This document shows, one piece after another, positions 12,303 to 24,546 of a stretch of 64,000 nt of DNA. Position 1 is the first letter of the stretch, and the number at the start of each line of letters is the position of its first letter. The notes under the pieces were generated by a model. The model worked only from the letters and a program-made list of their open reading frames with translations, made no database searches and was not told the origin of the DNA. Origin of the DNA: Mobula hypostoma (lineage: Eukaryota); assembly GCF_963921235.1 (NCBI RefSeq), contig NC_086097.1:84942001-85006000 (forward strand), written 5' to 3'. The position numbers and the translations under genes were made by a program.

Positions 12303-13008
12303 TAGACCGTTTTGCTGAACACCTACGCTCTGTCCGCCAGAGAAAACAGGATCTCCCAGTGGCCACACATTTTAATTCCACATCCCATTCCCATTCTGAC
12401 ATGTCTATCCACGGCCTCCTCTACTGTAAAGATGAAGCCACACTCAGGTTGGAGGAACAACACCTTATATTCCATCTGGGTAGCCTCCAACCTGATGGCA
12501 TGAACATTGATTTCTCAAACTTCTTGTAATTGCCCCCTCCCCTTCACCATTCCCCCATTCCTGTTTCCCTCTCTCACCTTATCTCCTTACCTGCCCATCA
12601 TCAACTTCTGCTAATGCCCCACCTCCCCCTCGTACCCCATCCGTTATTTATATACACACATTCTTTCTCTCACTCTCCTTTTTCTCCCTCTGTCCCTCTG
12701 ACTATACCCCTTGCCCATCCTCTGGGTTTTCCCCCCTCCCTCTTTTCCTTCTCCTTGGGCCTCCTGTCCCATGATCCTCTCATATCTCCTTTGCCAATCA
12801 ACTGTCCAGCTCTTGGCTCCATCCCTCCCCCTCCTGTCTTCTCCTATCATTTTGGATCTCCCCCTCCCCCTCCCACTTTCAAATCTCTTACTAACTCTTC
12901 CTTCAGTTAGTCCTGACGAAGGGTCTCAGCCTGAAACGTCGACTGTACCTCTTCCTAGAGATGCTACCTGGCCTGCTGCGTTCACCAGCAACTTTGACGT
13001 GTGTTGCT
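12303..13008 (+). mobile_element. Penelope-like element 3' fragment (GIY-YIG endonuclease C-terminus plus terminal repeat)
   Basis: Frame reads RFAEHLRSVRQRKQDLPVATHFNSTSHSHSDMSIHGLLYCKDEATLRLEEQHLIFHLGSLQPDGMNIDFSNF, then pyrimidine-rich UTR and hammerhead-bearing repeat. Confidence 0.88.
12909..12944 (+). ncRNA. Minimal type I hammerhead ribozyme motif in Penelope terminal repeat
   Basis: AGTC-CTGACGA-AGGGTCTCAGCCT-GAAA-CGTC-GACT: stem I AGTC/GACT, conserved CUGANGA and GAAA boxes, GUC cleavage triplet. Confidence 0.75.
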
Positions 13009-13190
13009 TTTTCACCTCATGTTAGTTTTGGTTCTTTGTTGCCTTAATTTTGGCACTATACTGATAGTTCATTCTGTTTATACCTCTCATGATTTTATAG
13101 AATGAACAGATCCTTTTGTAACTTCCTCTGTTGGAAGGAGAACATCCCTAGCATTACCACTCTACCTACATTAGTACAGTGTCTCAACTG

Positions 13191-13466
13191 GGTAGTGTAG
13201 TGGTTAGCACAACGCAATATAGTACCAGCAACCCATGTTCGATTCCCTGCTGTTGCCGGTGAGGAGTTTGTACGTTCTCCTCATGACTGTGTGGGTTTCC
13301 TCTGGGTGCTCCAGTTTCCTCCCACACAGTGCAAGTACGTACCAGTTGATAGGTTAATTGGTCATTGCAAATTGGCCTGTGATTAGGCTGGGTAAATCGG
13401 GGGCTGCTGGGCAGCAGGGCTCGAAGGGCCAGAAGGGCCTATTCTGTGCTGTAACTCAATAAATAA
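13191..13466 (+). mobile_element. V-SINE (HE1-like), near full length
   Basis: tRNA head TAGTGTAGTGG...GTTCGATTCC; V-domain GGAGTTTGTACGTTCTCC...GTGGGTTTCCTCTGGGTGCTCCAGTTTCCTCCCACA; CR1-like tail GGCCAGAAGGGCCTATTCTGTGCTGTA. Confidence 0.85.
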
Positions 13467-13511
13467 TGCAATTCTTAAATATGCAACATTTTTCCTGTCT
13501 TTTTCCTGTGT

Positions 13512-13770
13512 GGGCACGTGGCCAAGTGGTTAAGGCATTGGACTAGTGACCTGAAGGTCATGAGTTCGAGCCCCAGCCAAGGCAACATGTGTTGTGTCCT
13601 TGAGCAAGGCACTTAAGGCACTCTGTGACGACACCAGTGCCAAGCTGTATGGGTCCCTAATGCCCTTCCCTTGGACAACATTGGTGTCGTGGAGAAGGGA
13701 GACTTGCAGCATGGGCAACTGCTGGTCTTCCATACAACCTTGCCCAGGCCTGCACCCTGGAGAGTGAAGA
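13512..13770 (+). mobile_element. tRNA-derived SINE with CORE-like segment (distinct from V-SINE)
   Basis: A-box TGGCCAAGTGG, B-box GAGTTCGAGCC, then TGTGTCCTTGAGCAAGGCACTTA. Confidence 0.7.
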
Positions 13771-14739
13771 CTAACGGATGCCTTTTTTCCCCTGTATTGC
13801 ACAGTGAGCTGGCTAACTTGCACAGTAGGGGGTTTGGAAGTATAATCCAATTTAATTGCAGGGGAACTACGTCAATGAAAAGGTTATTGCCTAATCTTTA
13901 ATTAATACTGTATATTTATCAAATAGAATGCAATTTATTATAAGGCAAGGAAGGAACCAGCTATAATTCCTTAAAACAGTGGTATACAGGTTCTAATGCA
14001 TAACAATAAAAACCCTTGAGAGACTTAATTGAATGTAAAGGTTAGGTCAGAAAAATCTTCTGATTATTTTCATCTTCAAGCAGTAAACTCTTGTATTAGC
14101 ACTTGTTGACTTGAATCTTTATTGTAAGGCCAAAGTTCGTTAAGGGAATCCAGCACTGTGAGAATGCATTCAGCCTTTATCCACATGACTTGCTCTTAGC
14201 TCCTCGTGATTGCCACTTCAGCTGTACACCTCAACAGTGCACCCAGCTATTCATGGGAAGTGATTGATGATCATCACTGCAAGTATTATTCTTGTTTCTG
14301 TGATAAAAATAGATTATTGCTCGTGTTGAATTTTGAACCTGCGTGATGTATTGCTAGGAACAGCGTGCATTGGGTTATCAGCCAAAATCACACAATGTAC
14401 TTCGCAACAGGATGGCAGCAATATGAGTCCAAAGAATCTAGTTTCACAAGGTTCGAAGGCTTAAGGGCGAGCACAATAGGGAGCCCAGACATTAATTTTT
14501 TATGTTTGGTAATTTCAGTTTAAGTTATGTTTTCTTGCCATTTTCAGATACAAGGAATGTTTTTTTTTCAAATGCCATTTAATCTAATGTATGTATTAGA
14601 TTACATTCATTATTTGAATACATCATAATACATTCATCTTTCTCTTTTTTTCATTTCCATCAAAACAATTTGACAATATTCCTTTGGTCATCCAACTCAA
14701 AGATCAATATCGTAGCAGCTGCTAATAATTCAATTTATT

Positions 14740-15275
14740 TAGGTAATGAGGCAATGTTGCAGCTCCTTAAAACTCTGGTTAAACCACAGTTGGACCATTG
14801 TATTCAGTTCTGGTCACCGCATTATAGGAAGAATGTGGAAACCTTAGAGAAGGAGCAGGAGAGATTTTAGGATGCTGCCTGAATTAGACAGCACGTCTTA
14901 TGAGGAAAGGTTGAATGAACTAGGGTCTTTTTCTTTTTGGAACGAGTGAGGATGAGAGGTGACTTGATAGTAGTGTATAAGATGAGAATTGACATAGATA
15001 AAGTGGAGAGTCAGTGCCTATTTTACCCAGGGTGGAAATGGCTAATATGAGAGGGAATAATTTTAAGGTGATTGGAGGAAGGTATAGGGGGTATGTTAGA
15101 GATAGATACTTTACACAGAGAGTAGTCGGTGCATGGAATGCACTGCCAGGAAAGCAGAGTGGATGGGGCTTGGAAGAGATGGATACATTAGGAACATTTA
15201 AGAGACTCTTAGATGGGCACAAGGTTGGCACAGCATCGTGGTCCGAAGAGTCTGTACTGTTCCATGTTCTACAGT
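14740..15275 (+). mobile_element. CR1 (HER1-like) LINE 3' fragment
   Basis: LQLLKTLVKPQLDHCIQFWSPHYRK.VETLE; YFTQRVVGAWNALP...FKRLLD. Confidence 0.88.
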
Positions 15276-16958
15276 AGTTTAATAAACTTCCTGTTAAGCC
15301 TTATGGGAAAATATTCAGAAATGTCAAAAGGATTCATCAAGAGGATCTTTCAAAGGTCTGTCCTCTTACTGAAGTGAGACAAAGGACTGAAAGTGTTTTC
15401 AATAATCAATTTATTCAATATGTTTCAGTAGAGATTATAATTTTGAATTGCAATGCCAATTAAAATGACAATTAGTTGCTACCACATTTTTTGCTACATC
15501 CCAAATTGCAACAACTCTCTCAACGAAGATAATCTTCCTCAGATATCCTCTGGCTCTCACACTCTTCTCCTGTGGTTTCAGACATCTCAGTACTAACTAG
15601 CACTCTTCAACATGCCCCAGAGCCCTACCCGTTTGCTGACTGGGGGAACCTGATGTGTCAGCATCTGTCCTTCATCCCATTCTGACCTGCTTTGCAGTAA
15701 AAAGGCTCAATAAGCTGTTTCTCGTCAAAACCATGCTCCCTAAGACTGTCTCTGTGCCTAATGAAGTGTTACAAATGCTCAGAAGAGCCCCCTGGGCTGA
15801 AGGACCTGTCTTAGTGTTGTATAATTCCATGACTTCCAAATCCTTCTCAACAACACATCCAGTCTTCTATTTTGATGTGACTCCAGCATCTTAATACAAT
15901 ATCATGGATTTTAATTTTGCTGCTGCACTGATTTCAGACGGTTCCTCTGAGGCATGGCATGTTTGAACCCTTGATTAGTGCAAGTCTAATTAGTTGCTCC
16001 GAAGTTAATAATATCTGCAGTTGCTGAAAGCCTGGAAGAAAGTCAGAAAATGCTGGAGATACTCAACAGGCCAGGCAGCATCTGTGGAGTGTAAGACAGA
16101 ATTTATGTTTGCAGTTGACATTTCTTTGAGACTTTGCTATTAGTTTGCTAAAAGGATGGATGTTGCCCTTGGAACATGAATAAATCTGTTAAATTTCAAG
16201 TGGGTGAAACAACCTGTAATATGTTTCCAGCACATCTTTGTTAATACAGTAGTTTAACAATCACACGTCAACATCAAACACAGCTTTCATGAACTGCCGT
16301 AGTGATACCTCTGGGATATCTTGTACTGTTGCACATTGAAGCTGTTGGCGTTCTTTCCCTTTCAAATCTGGAGAAGACTGCACTGAAGAGATTCTTTACG
16401 GAGATCTGTCATTAGCTGACAAGAAGCTCTGCTGCGTGAGTGGGACACATCAAAGTTTTAAGCCAATCCATAACTGTCAACATTGAGAACTGCCAAAAAA
16501 CTTTCCAAGCATATGCTGTATTTGGGTGATTTACAAAGTCATTCCAACTGCTTTACCTTGAGGGCAGGGAACTTTAAAATAATAATTGATGTGTTCAAGT
16601 TTGTTAAATTTGACAGGCAGTAACTGGCTTTGCTGAATATCAAAGTGTGCTCCTAGCTCTGTAAGCTTAAATCCGGAAGAGAAATTTGCATCCTTGAACT
16701 ATTCATGTTTCTTTGAAAAACAGTGATTTGTTTCGGAGCCAAGCCAGGCAGTTTCCCATTCATATTAGCAATTTTTAGCGCAAAACATGGATTTTCCTGA
16801 CTGTCTTTGCATTAATTACATGACTTTGAACCATCCGAATAGATCTCCACCAATCATGTTGTCTAAGTGAATGATGAATCTATCTGTTGCACTAGTTTAG
16901 TGAGATGTGGCTCACTTCTCTCTCTTGTCTCTTCACCCATTGCCTCCCTTCCTCTTGA

Positions 16959-17925
16959 GTCCAAGTACAAAACAATTACTGTAAAAGTAAAAGATGTACC
17001 ACTTCAAGGTGGTGGTCTTTCTACCGTACCCCAGGATGACAGTTGCAGGAGACAATTAACAAAATTCCCCGGAATATATGTAGCCATCATATGAAGACTA
17101 CTTTAATCCATGCTATTACATGAACATATTAATTTATAATTTAATCAATCAATATTTTTCCTAATTAATCTATTAATTATCCAGCACAATTATCCATCTC
17201 AAAGAGATATGGGTTAGTAGTTTAATTTGCCACTGAAAATTGCCTCTGGTGTGTCAGTGACTGGTGGAATCGAATCTGGGAGGATTTGCTGGAAATGTGG
17301 GGGAGAATTAAAAATGAGATTAATGTAGGGTTGATGTAAATGTGTGGTGGATGGTTGGTGAGGATTCAATTGTCTGAAGATCCACGTTCATTCAATGAGT
17401 TTTTGCTTATTTTCCTCTCTCTTATCTCTCCACCACCTGTGTCCCTTCCACCTGCCACCATAATGATTAAGTCCTGAGGCCCACATCCATCAAGCCACAC
17501 CCTCTTGATCCTTGCAAGACCCTCAGTGATTTGTCATTCATCACGTGTGACTCTGTGACTCTGGATTGCCCTCTTCTGAGAGCTCAGCATTATGGAAGGA
17601 ATTTCCTCAGTTCGGTAGAGTGAGAGAGTCATACAGAAGACAAACAGGCCCTTCAGCTCATCAATTATCTGCCAGCCATCAATCAGCCATTTACAGAAAT
17701 CCTACACTAATCCAGTTTTATTCTCCTCACATTTCCATCAACTTCCCATAGATTCTATTCCTCACCTACACACTAAGAGCACCTTACAGTGAACAGTTAG
17801 CTTACCAATCCCGCTTCTTCCTGCGATATCGAAGTATCTTAAAAATATGTCTGAATCACTGAGGTCCATGTGATGATCATAAATGACTTTACCAATTCAT
17901 GTGATCAATATTTTGCCATTTAATC
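16959..17925 (+). repeat. Local segmental duplication, copy 1
   Basis: Colinear similarity to 23217-24546 starting GTCCAAGTACAAAA, e.g. shared CCTCTTCTGAGAGCTCAGCATTATGGAAGGAA. Confidence 0.9.
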
Positions 17926-18197
17926 TGTCTTCTATGTGTCCTTTCTCAATATTGCAGCAAAGAAGGCCATTTGGTCCATTAAGTTTACGGCTTTATGTGG
18001 AGTACTCATCCCTGAATCAGATGGTTGTGAGTTTATCTTCATCTGCAAAGAGATGTAGTGATAATCTTCCTTGGATTGGTACTTGTAGAGGGACAGTGTG
18101 GTAGTGGGAATACTTTACATTCTATTTTCATCCCTTGATATGTGGATGGCACTGGACACAAAAGTTGCAAGTGATTCAAGATCACAATGTGCATTCT

Positions 18198-18759
18198 GTC
18201 ATCATCATCATCATGTGCCATACTCTGCCAGAGCCTCGGCGACCACTTTCTTCCACTGCCATCTGTTGGCAGTCAACCCTCTTTCATCTCTGGCGGTGAG
18301 GCTGGTCCACTTCTTGATGTTGTCGATCCAGGTTGTCCTCTGTCTGCCTCAGGAGCAGCTTCCTTCTACTCTGCCTTCAAGCACAGTGCGTTCCAGTGTG
18401 TCATCAGTTCTTGAGATGTGTCCAAAATAGCGAAGTTTCCTTTGAATAACGGTTTCCAGAAGTATTGGTTTCGTGCCAATCTTTTCTATTATGAAATTGT
18501 TGGATCTCCTTTCAATGTATGATACCCTGAGGATCTGTCTGTATGTCCACATCTCAAATGCTGTCAACTTCTTTTCATCAGCTGCTTTTAAGGTCCATGT
18601 TTCACAGCGATATAGGGTTACTGGCCAGGCGAGACTCTTGAGGAGGCGTATCTTGGTGTCAGTGCTCACAGATCTATCTTTCCAGATGTTCCAGAGTTTG
18701 GTAGTGCTTGTGTGTGCCATTGCTAGCCTTCGCCTTATTTCCTTTCTGCATTCGTTTGG
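18198..18759 (-). mobile_element. 5'-truncated RTE-clade (BovB-like) LINE with TSD
   Basis: ORF 18349-18765 EIRRRLAMA...IWKDRSVS..TKIRLLKSL.WPV.LY.CETWTLK...AFEMW.YR.IL...RKLRYFGHI.R...LEGRVEG; (GAT)n tail; TSD GTGCATTCT at 18189-18197 and 18760-18768. Confidence 0.9.
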
Positions 18760-18859
18760 GTGCATTCTCTACCACCTTACAAATTCATCCCCAGTGACTG
18801 AAGATGAATCTCTATTGTCTTTCAAATGAGTCTTCAGAGGTTTTGTTTACTTTTGTAGG

Positions 18860-19060
18860 TGGTCATTAATGCCAGTATTCAGAGAAGGACATATGTGTTA
18901 TCCTCAGTGATAACCAAGCCAACTTCTAGCTCTCATCCAATATCCAAAGAGATAATTTGGTTTGAATTTCATTCCTATTTAGTGGGATCTTGCTGTATAG
19001 AAATTGAGTACCACGTCTTTCCCCACCCTGCAATGAAAACTATACTGTACTTTTGAAGTT
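18860..19060 (+). mobile_element. Deu-domain SINE remnant (SacSINE1/AmnSINE-like)
   Basis: GTGGGATCTTGCTGT..AAATTG motif; same motif inverted near 47020. Confidence 0.5.
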
Positions 19061-19785
19061 TTATTTTTGCCCTGAAGACTGTTATTTAACTTACAATGAT
19101 GAAAATAACTTTATAAATGCCATTTCTTTACTTGTTGAGTGAATATTGTGCTGAGTGAAAGGTATCTCTAAACCTGAGTTTCTCAAGGGCAGAAAGATGG
19201 TACAGAGACTGAGGGCTTTTCCACATTCCTTGACAGCCTGTTAGGCTTGGTTCCTCCATGGAATTATGGGAATGGGGTACTTTCACCCATTTCCAATTTT
19301 GAAAACCGACCATACTCAGTCATAAAGACATCATTTACGTTCTCCCACAGAATATAGAGGTCAACATTATTCAGCCAGATTTCCTCGTGGGACTGCAGCA
19401 GCTGAACAATTCAGTGGTGGCCCCCTTAACAGCGGTGCATAAAAACCAGCAGAAAGCAACAGTGTTAGAGTCACAAGAAGAATAACTTGCATTTATTCAT
19501 ATGGTGCCTTCAAGGTAGAAAAGCAAGAAACTCGTAAAGGCAGACATCAAAATGTAGCTGGGAGGTATTCCTTCCCGATGAACAATACATCAGGAACCTT
19601 TCTGCCAGCTTCAAAACCACTCACAGATATCCATTGATGAATGCCAGAAGAGTGTTTCACCAATAGATGCTAAATCACAGCAGTGTGACGCAGTGCAATC
19701 ACTTTCAGCTAGAGTATAATAAAAAGAAACAGAAACTTCTGGCAGAATTGGCAATACCAATGATTCTATTAACGTATGGAGTCTC

Positions 19786-20260
19786 ACATAGAACATAGAA
19801 AACCTACAGCTCAATACAGGCCCTTCAGCCCACAAAGCTGTGCCGAAGGTGTCCTTACCTGAGAAATTACCGAGGGTTACCCGTAGTCCTCCATTTTTCT
19901 GAGCTCCATATACGTGCCCAGGAGTCTCTTAAAAGACCCTATCATGTCCGCCTCCACCACTGCCGCCGGCAGCCCATTCCACACACTCACCACTCTCTGT
20001 GTAAAAAACTTACCCCTGATATCTCCGCTGTACCTACTTCCAAGGACCTTAAAACTGTGCCCTCCCGTGCTAGCCATTTCAGCCCCGGGAAATGCCTCTC
20101 ATCATCTTGTACACCTCTATCAGGTCACCTCTCATCCTCCGTCGCTCCAAGGAAAAAAGGCCGAATTCACTCAACCTATTCTCATAAGGCATGCTCCCCA
20201 ATCCAGGCAATATCCTTGTAAATCTCCTCTGCACCCTTTCTATGGTTTCCACATTCTTCC
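19786..20260 (-). mobile_element. CR1 (HER1-like) LINE 3' fragment
   Basis: GHSFKVLGSRY.GDIRGKFFTQRVV.VWNGLP...FKRLL; CATAGAACATAGAA tail. Confidence 0.9.
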
Positions 20261-20945
20261 TAACACGTGGATCAAAACCTAATATCTTTTACAGCATGGT
20301 CTGAATCCAAAAATAGTAACAGCCGTAATTTTCATCCTTCGTAGCTAATACCTAGAGTCAAATTTCTGAGAAGTTGATGCAATATTGCCTTTCTATTTGG
20401 ATTCTTTGCTATAAAGTTGACGTATTATTAATATGAAATCCAAAGGTAATCATTGGTTTCACATACCTACTCCAAATTCTAGTTAAATCCACTCCACCAT
20501 CAGAAGCAAGGGTGCAGTAAAAAAGAAGGGAATTTAAGCAGACTGCTCATTGTGGGGATTTTGGGGGGTAACTTAATCATGGTAATAACTACCCTTTGAG
20601 GAAGTAGGAGTTTCATTGTAACTGCTGAACTATTGTCTGGGGTTTCTTAAGAAGTGGATTGAGTCATGTTCATATCATATGTAATGGCGGCAAGGCTATT
20701 TCAAACTGATTAGACAATATCACCTCAGTAATTGTGTCATAGTTTTATTAAAGACAGAATCAGGCTTTTTGGCCCATCATATCTATGCTGGCTGTTGTAA
20801 TATGAGTAAAGTCCCCAGAGAGACACTGAACCTAGTGGATATAGAAGTGTTTTATGGAAGAAAAGGCCTGCTCAACCCAATATTAAATGACATTTTTATA
20901 TGCTAAAGATCAAAGGTAACTGCAAGACAATTCTTTAGTTACAAT

Positions 20946-21723
20946 TAATGTTCCCTCTTAGGAGCGTGCGTGCACACATCTTTTGCTACTAGCACACAAA
21001 ATAATTTAAACCTCGCACAAAAGATTGTCGCCCTCTACCTCGTTGTCATGATTGTACGCAATCAAATTTCCTTTTCCGGTTTCTGGTGCGGACGGCGTTG
21101 ACAACGTGGAGTTTGCGATGATTTGTTTGCAGATTTTAGAACCGGCTTATTTATACTGCTTTTTATTGAAGAAGTGATTGATTGACTATGTCGAACTCCA
21201 AAGAAGCAGAACGCGTGAAGCCCAAAAGAACGGCTGGTTCATTTAAAGTGGAATGGCTTAATGAAACAGTAGAAACTGCTACACTGAAAGCTCGTGTGAT
21301 CAGGAACGTGCAGCGGTGAGAAATATTTATGTACAATATAGAAACTGGTGTTACCTGCGAGCATTGTCGTGATACAAAAGTTGCTGGAGAATTTGCAAGT
21401 GGGAAGAAGTGGAGTAATATTTGGAAACTTGACTTTTTAAAGCATCATTTAGCAAGCAGATCACATATGGACACTGTGCAAAAGCTCAGGCAAAAAATGC
21501 TACAGGCCTGCTACATATGTTTTGTGAGCATGCAGCTGAACGAGAGCCAAACTGATCAAAGCCAGAGGAGATCAAAGTTCTTATTGACAGTGTTTTGCTT
21601 GCTATTGAAATGAATACCTCTATATATAAAATTCAGTGCGCAAATGTGTTGTCACTGGGCAAAAAAATTGCGCAGCACCAGGTATTTTGTGCACACTGGT
21701 CATTACAGTTAGAGGGAACATTG
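20946..21723 (+). mobile_element. Internally deleted hAT DNA transposon retaining N-terminal zinc-finger remnant
   Basis: TIRs TAATGTTCCCTCTTA / TTAGAGGGAACATTG; ORF FKVEWL...CEHC...FASG..W...KLDFLKHHLASRSH; imperfect 8-bp flanks GTTACAAT/GTTATTCT. Confidence 0.8.
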
Positions 21724-22019
21724 GTTATTCTGCACCTACTATGCTTCATTTGAATTACATGAAGTTTTTAAACACCTCGTACCTAGCACCAACTCTCCAG
21801 ACATCCAAAATGAATGTTAATTCCTACTGACTGTAAGCCACATTCATGCATATGCAGGCATCTGAGGTCCATTTGCTCTGAGCTACGTTTTAAATTCAAT
21901 CTGCAATCCACATTCAAATCCTAATATTGGTTTCTGGTGAAATTAATATCTGGCTACACACCTGAACTCCAGAGTACGATCTCACACTACCCTTGTATCT
22001 TTATGTGCATAATTTCCTG

Positions 22020-22850
22020 CATCCCCAAACCCACACCCTTGCTGCTTCAGTCTATCATTTCCCCTTCAGGTCCACATGAACTCCATCCAGCCTTTCAGGT
22101 CTGCATGAGCCCCACCATGCCAGATCCACTGCAGATCATCCTAGTCCCTTTGCATTTCTCTTGGCTGCCTGATTCCACCTTGTCTCACTCCTCGCTCTGC
22201 TTTCCAAGTCTATTCATGCTTCAGTCTAGTAGGTACGCTGGCTTGTCGTCCTGTACCTCTTCACATTGCCTTTCACGTTCGCACATCCTACTCTCCCTGC
22301 CACATTCTTAGGCCGATTACTTAGCTGGTCAGCCCTCGACCCATCCATTCCTGCTCCCAGTTCTCCCTATACAGTCGGCAGGAACTCCATCCTGCTGTAT
22401 TCCTCTCAGCTCTGCATAAATTCCACTCTGCCTTCGCCCTTCCAAGTCCGCACGAGCTCCACCCTGCTGGGTGTGTATTCCATTTGCCAGAACCACTTTG
22501 GATCATCCTGCTCCCTCTGCATTTCTCCCTCACCTGCTTCTGCTGTGCCCAGCAAAGTGTCTTGCTCTCACTTTGTTCTGCCTTCCCAGTCTGTTTGAGC
22601 TTCACCCTACCCGAATCTCTTCGCATTGCTCATCAACTTTCATATACCCTACCCTCTCTGCTTCAGCCTGCAGCTGATGACATGGTTATTTACTTATTGT
22701 TCTGTTCATTCCTGTTCCTGGTTCACCCTACACGGTCCACTAACAGTTACCCTTTTAGGTCCGCACGAGCTCCGCTCTGTCGTATTCCTTCCAGGCTCAC
22801 ATTAGCTCCCTCTAGCCCTCTCCCTTTCAGACCCGCATGAGCCCAACCTA
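22020..22850. repeat. Diverged C/T-rich tandem repeat, ~370-bp period with recurring short motif
   Basis: GCCAGATCCACTGCAGATCATCCT (~22119) vs GCCAGAACCACTTTGGATCATCCT (~22486); YARGTCYGCAYGARCYCC-like motif about six times. Confidence 0.6.
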
Positions 22851-23216
22851 GACGAGTCTGTAGCCATTGATTTAAAACCAAAGCAGATTTTTAAATGCAC
22901 ATGAAACGTAGGAGGAGGCAAATTCAATGGGCTGATCGACTCCTTCTGTGGTTAACTGTGCAGTGTTTCTTTCAATGACTGAGGAAAGAAATCATTTAAA
23001 CGACTGGAAAGATGTCATGAATTAACAATATGATCAGTATAAATACAAATACTGCATGTAAATGCATGTTGGTTGTTTGACTGTCTGTGCTGAGTGTGGG
23101 GTTTCATTGATGCTGTTGTGTATTCTTTGTATTTAAGAACTCGTGGACTGAACAGCCACCAGGGTTTGAACTAGGCTTTTTTGGTCTCCTGAGAATGGCA
23201 TTTAATTGGCTTTTGT

Positions 23217-24546
23217 GTCCAAGTACAAAAGAATTGAAACCAAAAGATGTACTTCTTCAAGGCAGGGGTCTTTCTACCATACCCCTGGATGTCACTTGCA
23301 AGAGACAATAAGCAAAATTCTCTGAAATGTGTGTAATCTTCATATGAAAAGCACTGTATTTCATGTTATTATATGCACAAATTAATTTATAAACGAACCA
23401 ATAAACTATTATTGATTACTTTAATAATTGTCCAGCACAGTAGCACAGCGGGTGGACTTGCTGCCTCATAGTACAAAAAACAGGGTTCAGTCCAGAGTTC
23501 AGGTGCTGTCTGTGTGGTGTTTGCAGGTTACCCCTCTGATCATGTGGGTTTCCTCTGGGTGCTCCAGTTTAAACCTATATCCCAAAGACATACAGGTTGC
23601 TAGTTTAATTGGCCATTGTGAATTGCCCCTGGTGTGTCAGTGAGTGGTGGAATCTGGGAGGATTTGCTGGAAATATGGGGGAGAATTAAAAATGGGGTTA
23701 ATGTAGGGTTGATGTAAATGTGTGGTGGATGGTTGGTGAGGACTCAGTGGTCTGAAGAGCAACACTTATTCAGTGAGTTCTTGCTCACTTTTCCGTCTCT
23801 CATCCCTCCACCTCCTGTGTCCCTTCCACTTGCCTCATTTATGATTAACTCCTGAGGTCCACATCCAGCAAGCCATACCCTTGTGATCCTTGCAAGGCCC
23901 TCAGTGACTTGTCATTCATCTCGTGTGGTGCCATCTCCGACTCTGGATTGTCCTCTTCTGAGAGCTCAGCATTATGGAAGGAACTTGTTCAGCTCTGTAG
24001 AGTGATAGAGTCATACAGCAGGGAACAGGCCCTTCGGCCCATCAATTACCTGCCAACCATCAACCAGACATTTACAGAAGTTGGGCACTTTATTTATATT
24101 TTGAGATTTAGCATGGAATAGCCCTTCCGGCCCTTTGAGCTGCACCACCCAGCAATCCTCCAAATTAACCCTTGCCTAATCACCGGGACAATTTACAATG
24201 ACCAACTAACCTAAAAACCCATATGCCTTTGGACTGTGGGAGGAAACTGGAGCACCCGGATTAAACCTACGCAGTCACAGGGAGTAGGTACAAATGCCAT
24301 ACAGACAGCAGCGGGAATTGAACCTGGGTCGCAGGTTCTGTAAAGCGTTGTGCTAACCACTACGCTACCATGCCACTAATCCAATTTTATCCTCCTCACA
24401 TTCTCATCAGCTCCACAGAGTCTACCCCTCACGTACACGCTGCGGGCTGTTTATGGTGAACAATTAGCCTACCAATCCCTCTTCCTCCTGTGGCATGCTA
24501 GTACTTAAAACAATGCATGGTGTGATCATTATTTTGTCATTTTATC
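23217..24546 (+). repeat. Local segmental duplication, copy 2 (contains V-SINE 23430-23760 and extra minus-strand V-SINE ~24081-24372)
   Basis: Colinear with 16959-17925 apart from the SINE differences. Confidence 0.9.

Noticed and set aside
13512..13585. tRNA gene
   Set aside because: Runs straight into a SINE body with no clean acceptor stem or terminator; the same holds for the V-SINE heads
20793..21960. Possible LTR hosting the hAT insertion
   Set aside because: TG...CA ends can be chosen but no TSD was found
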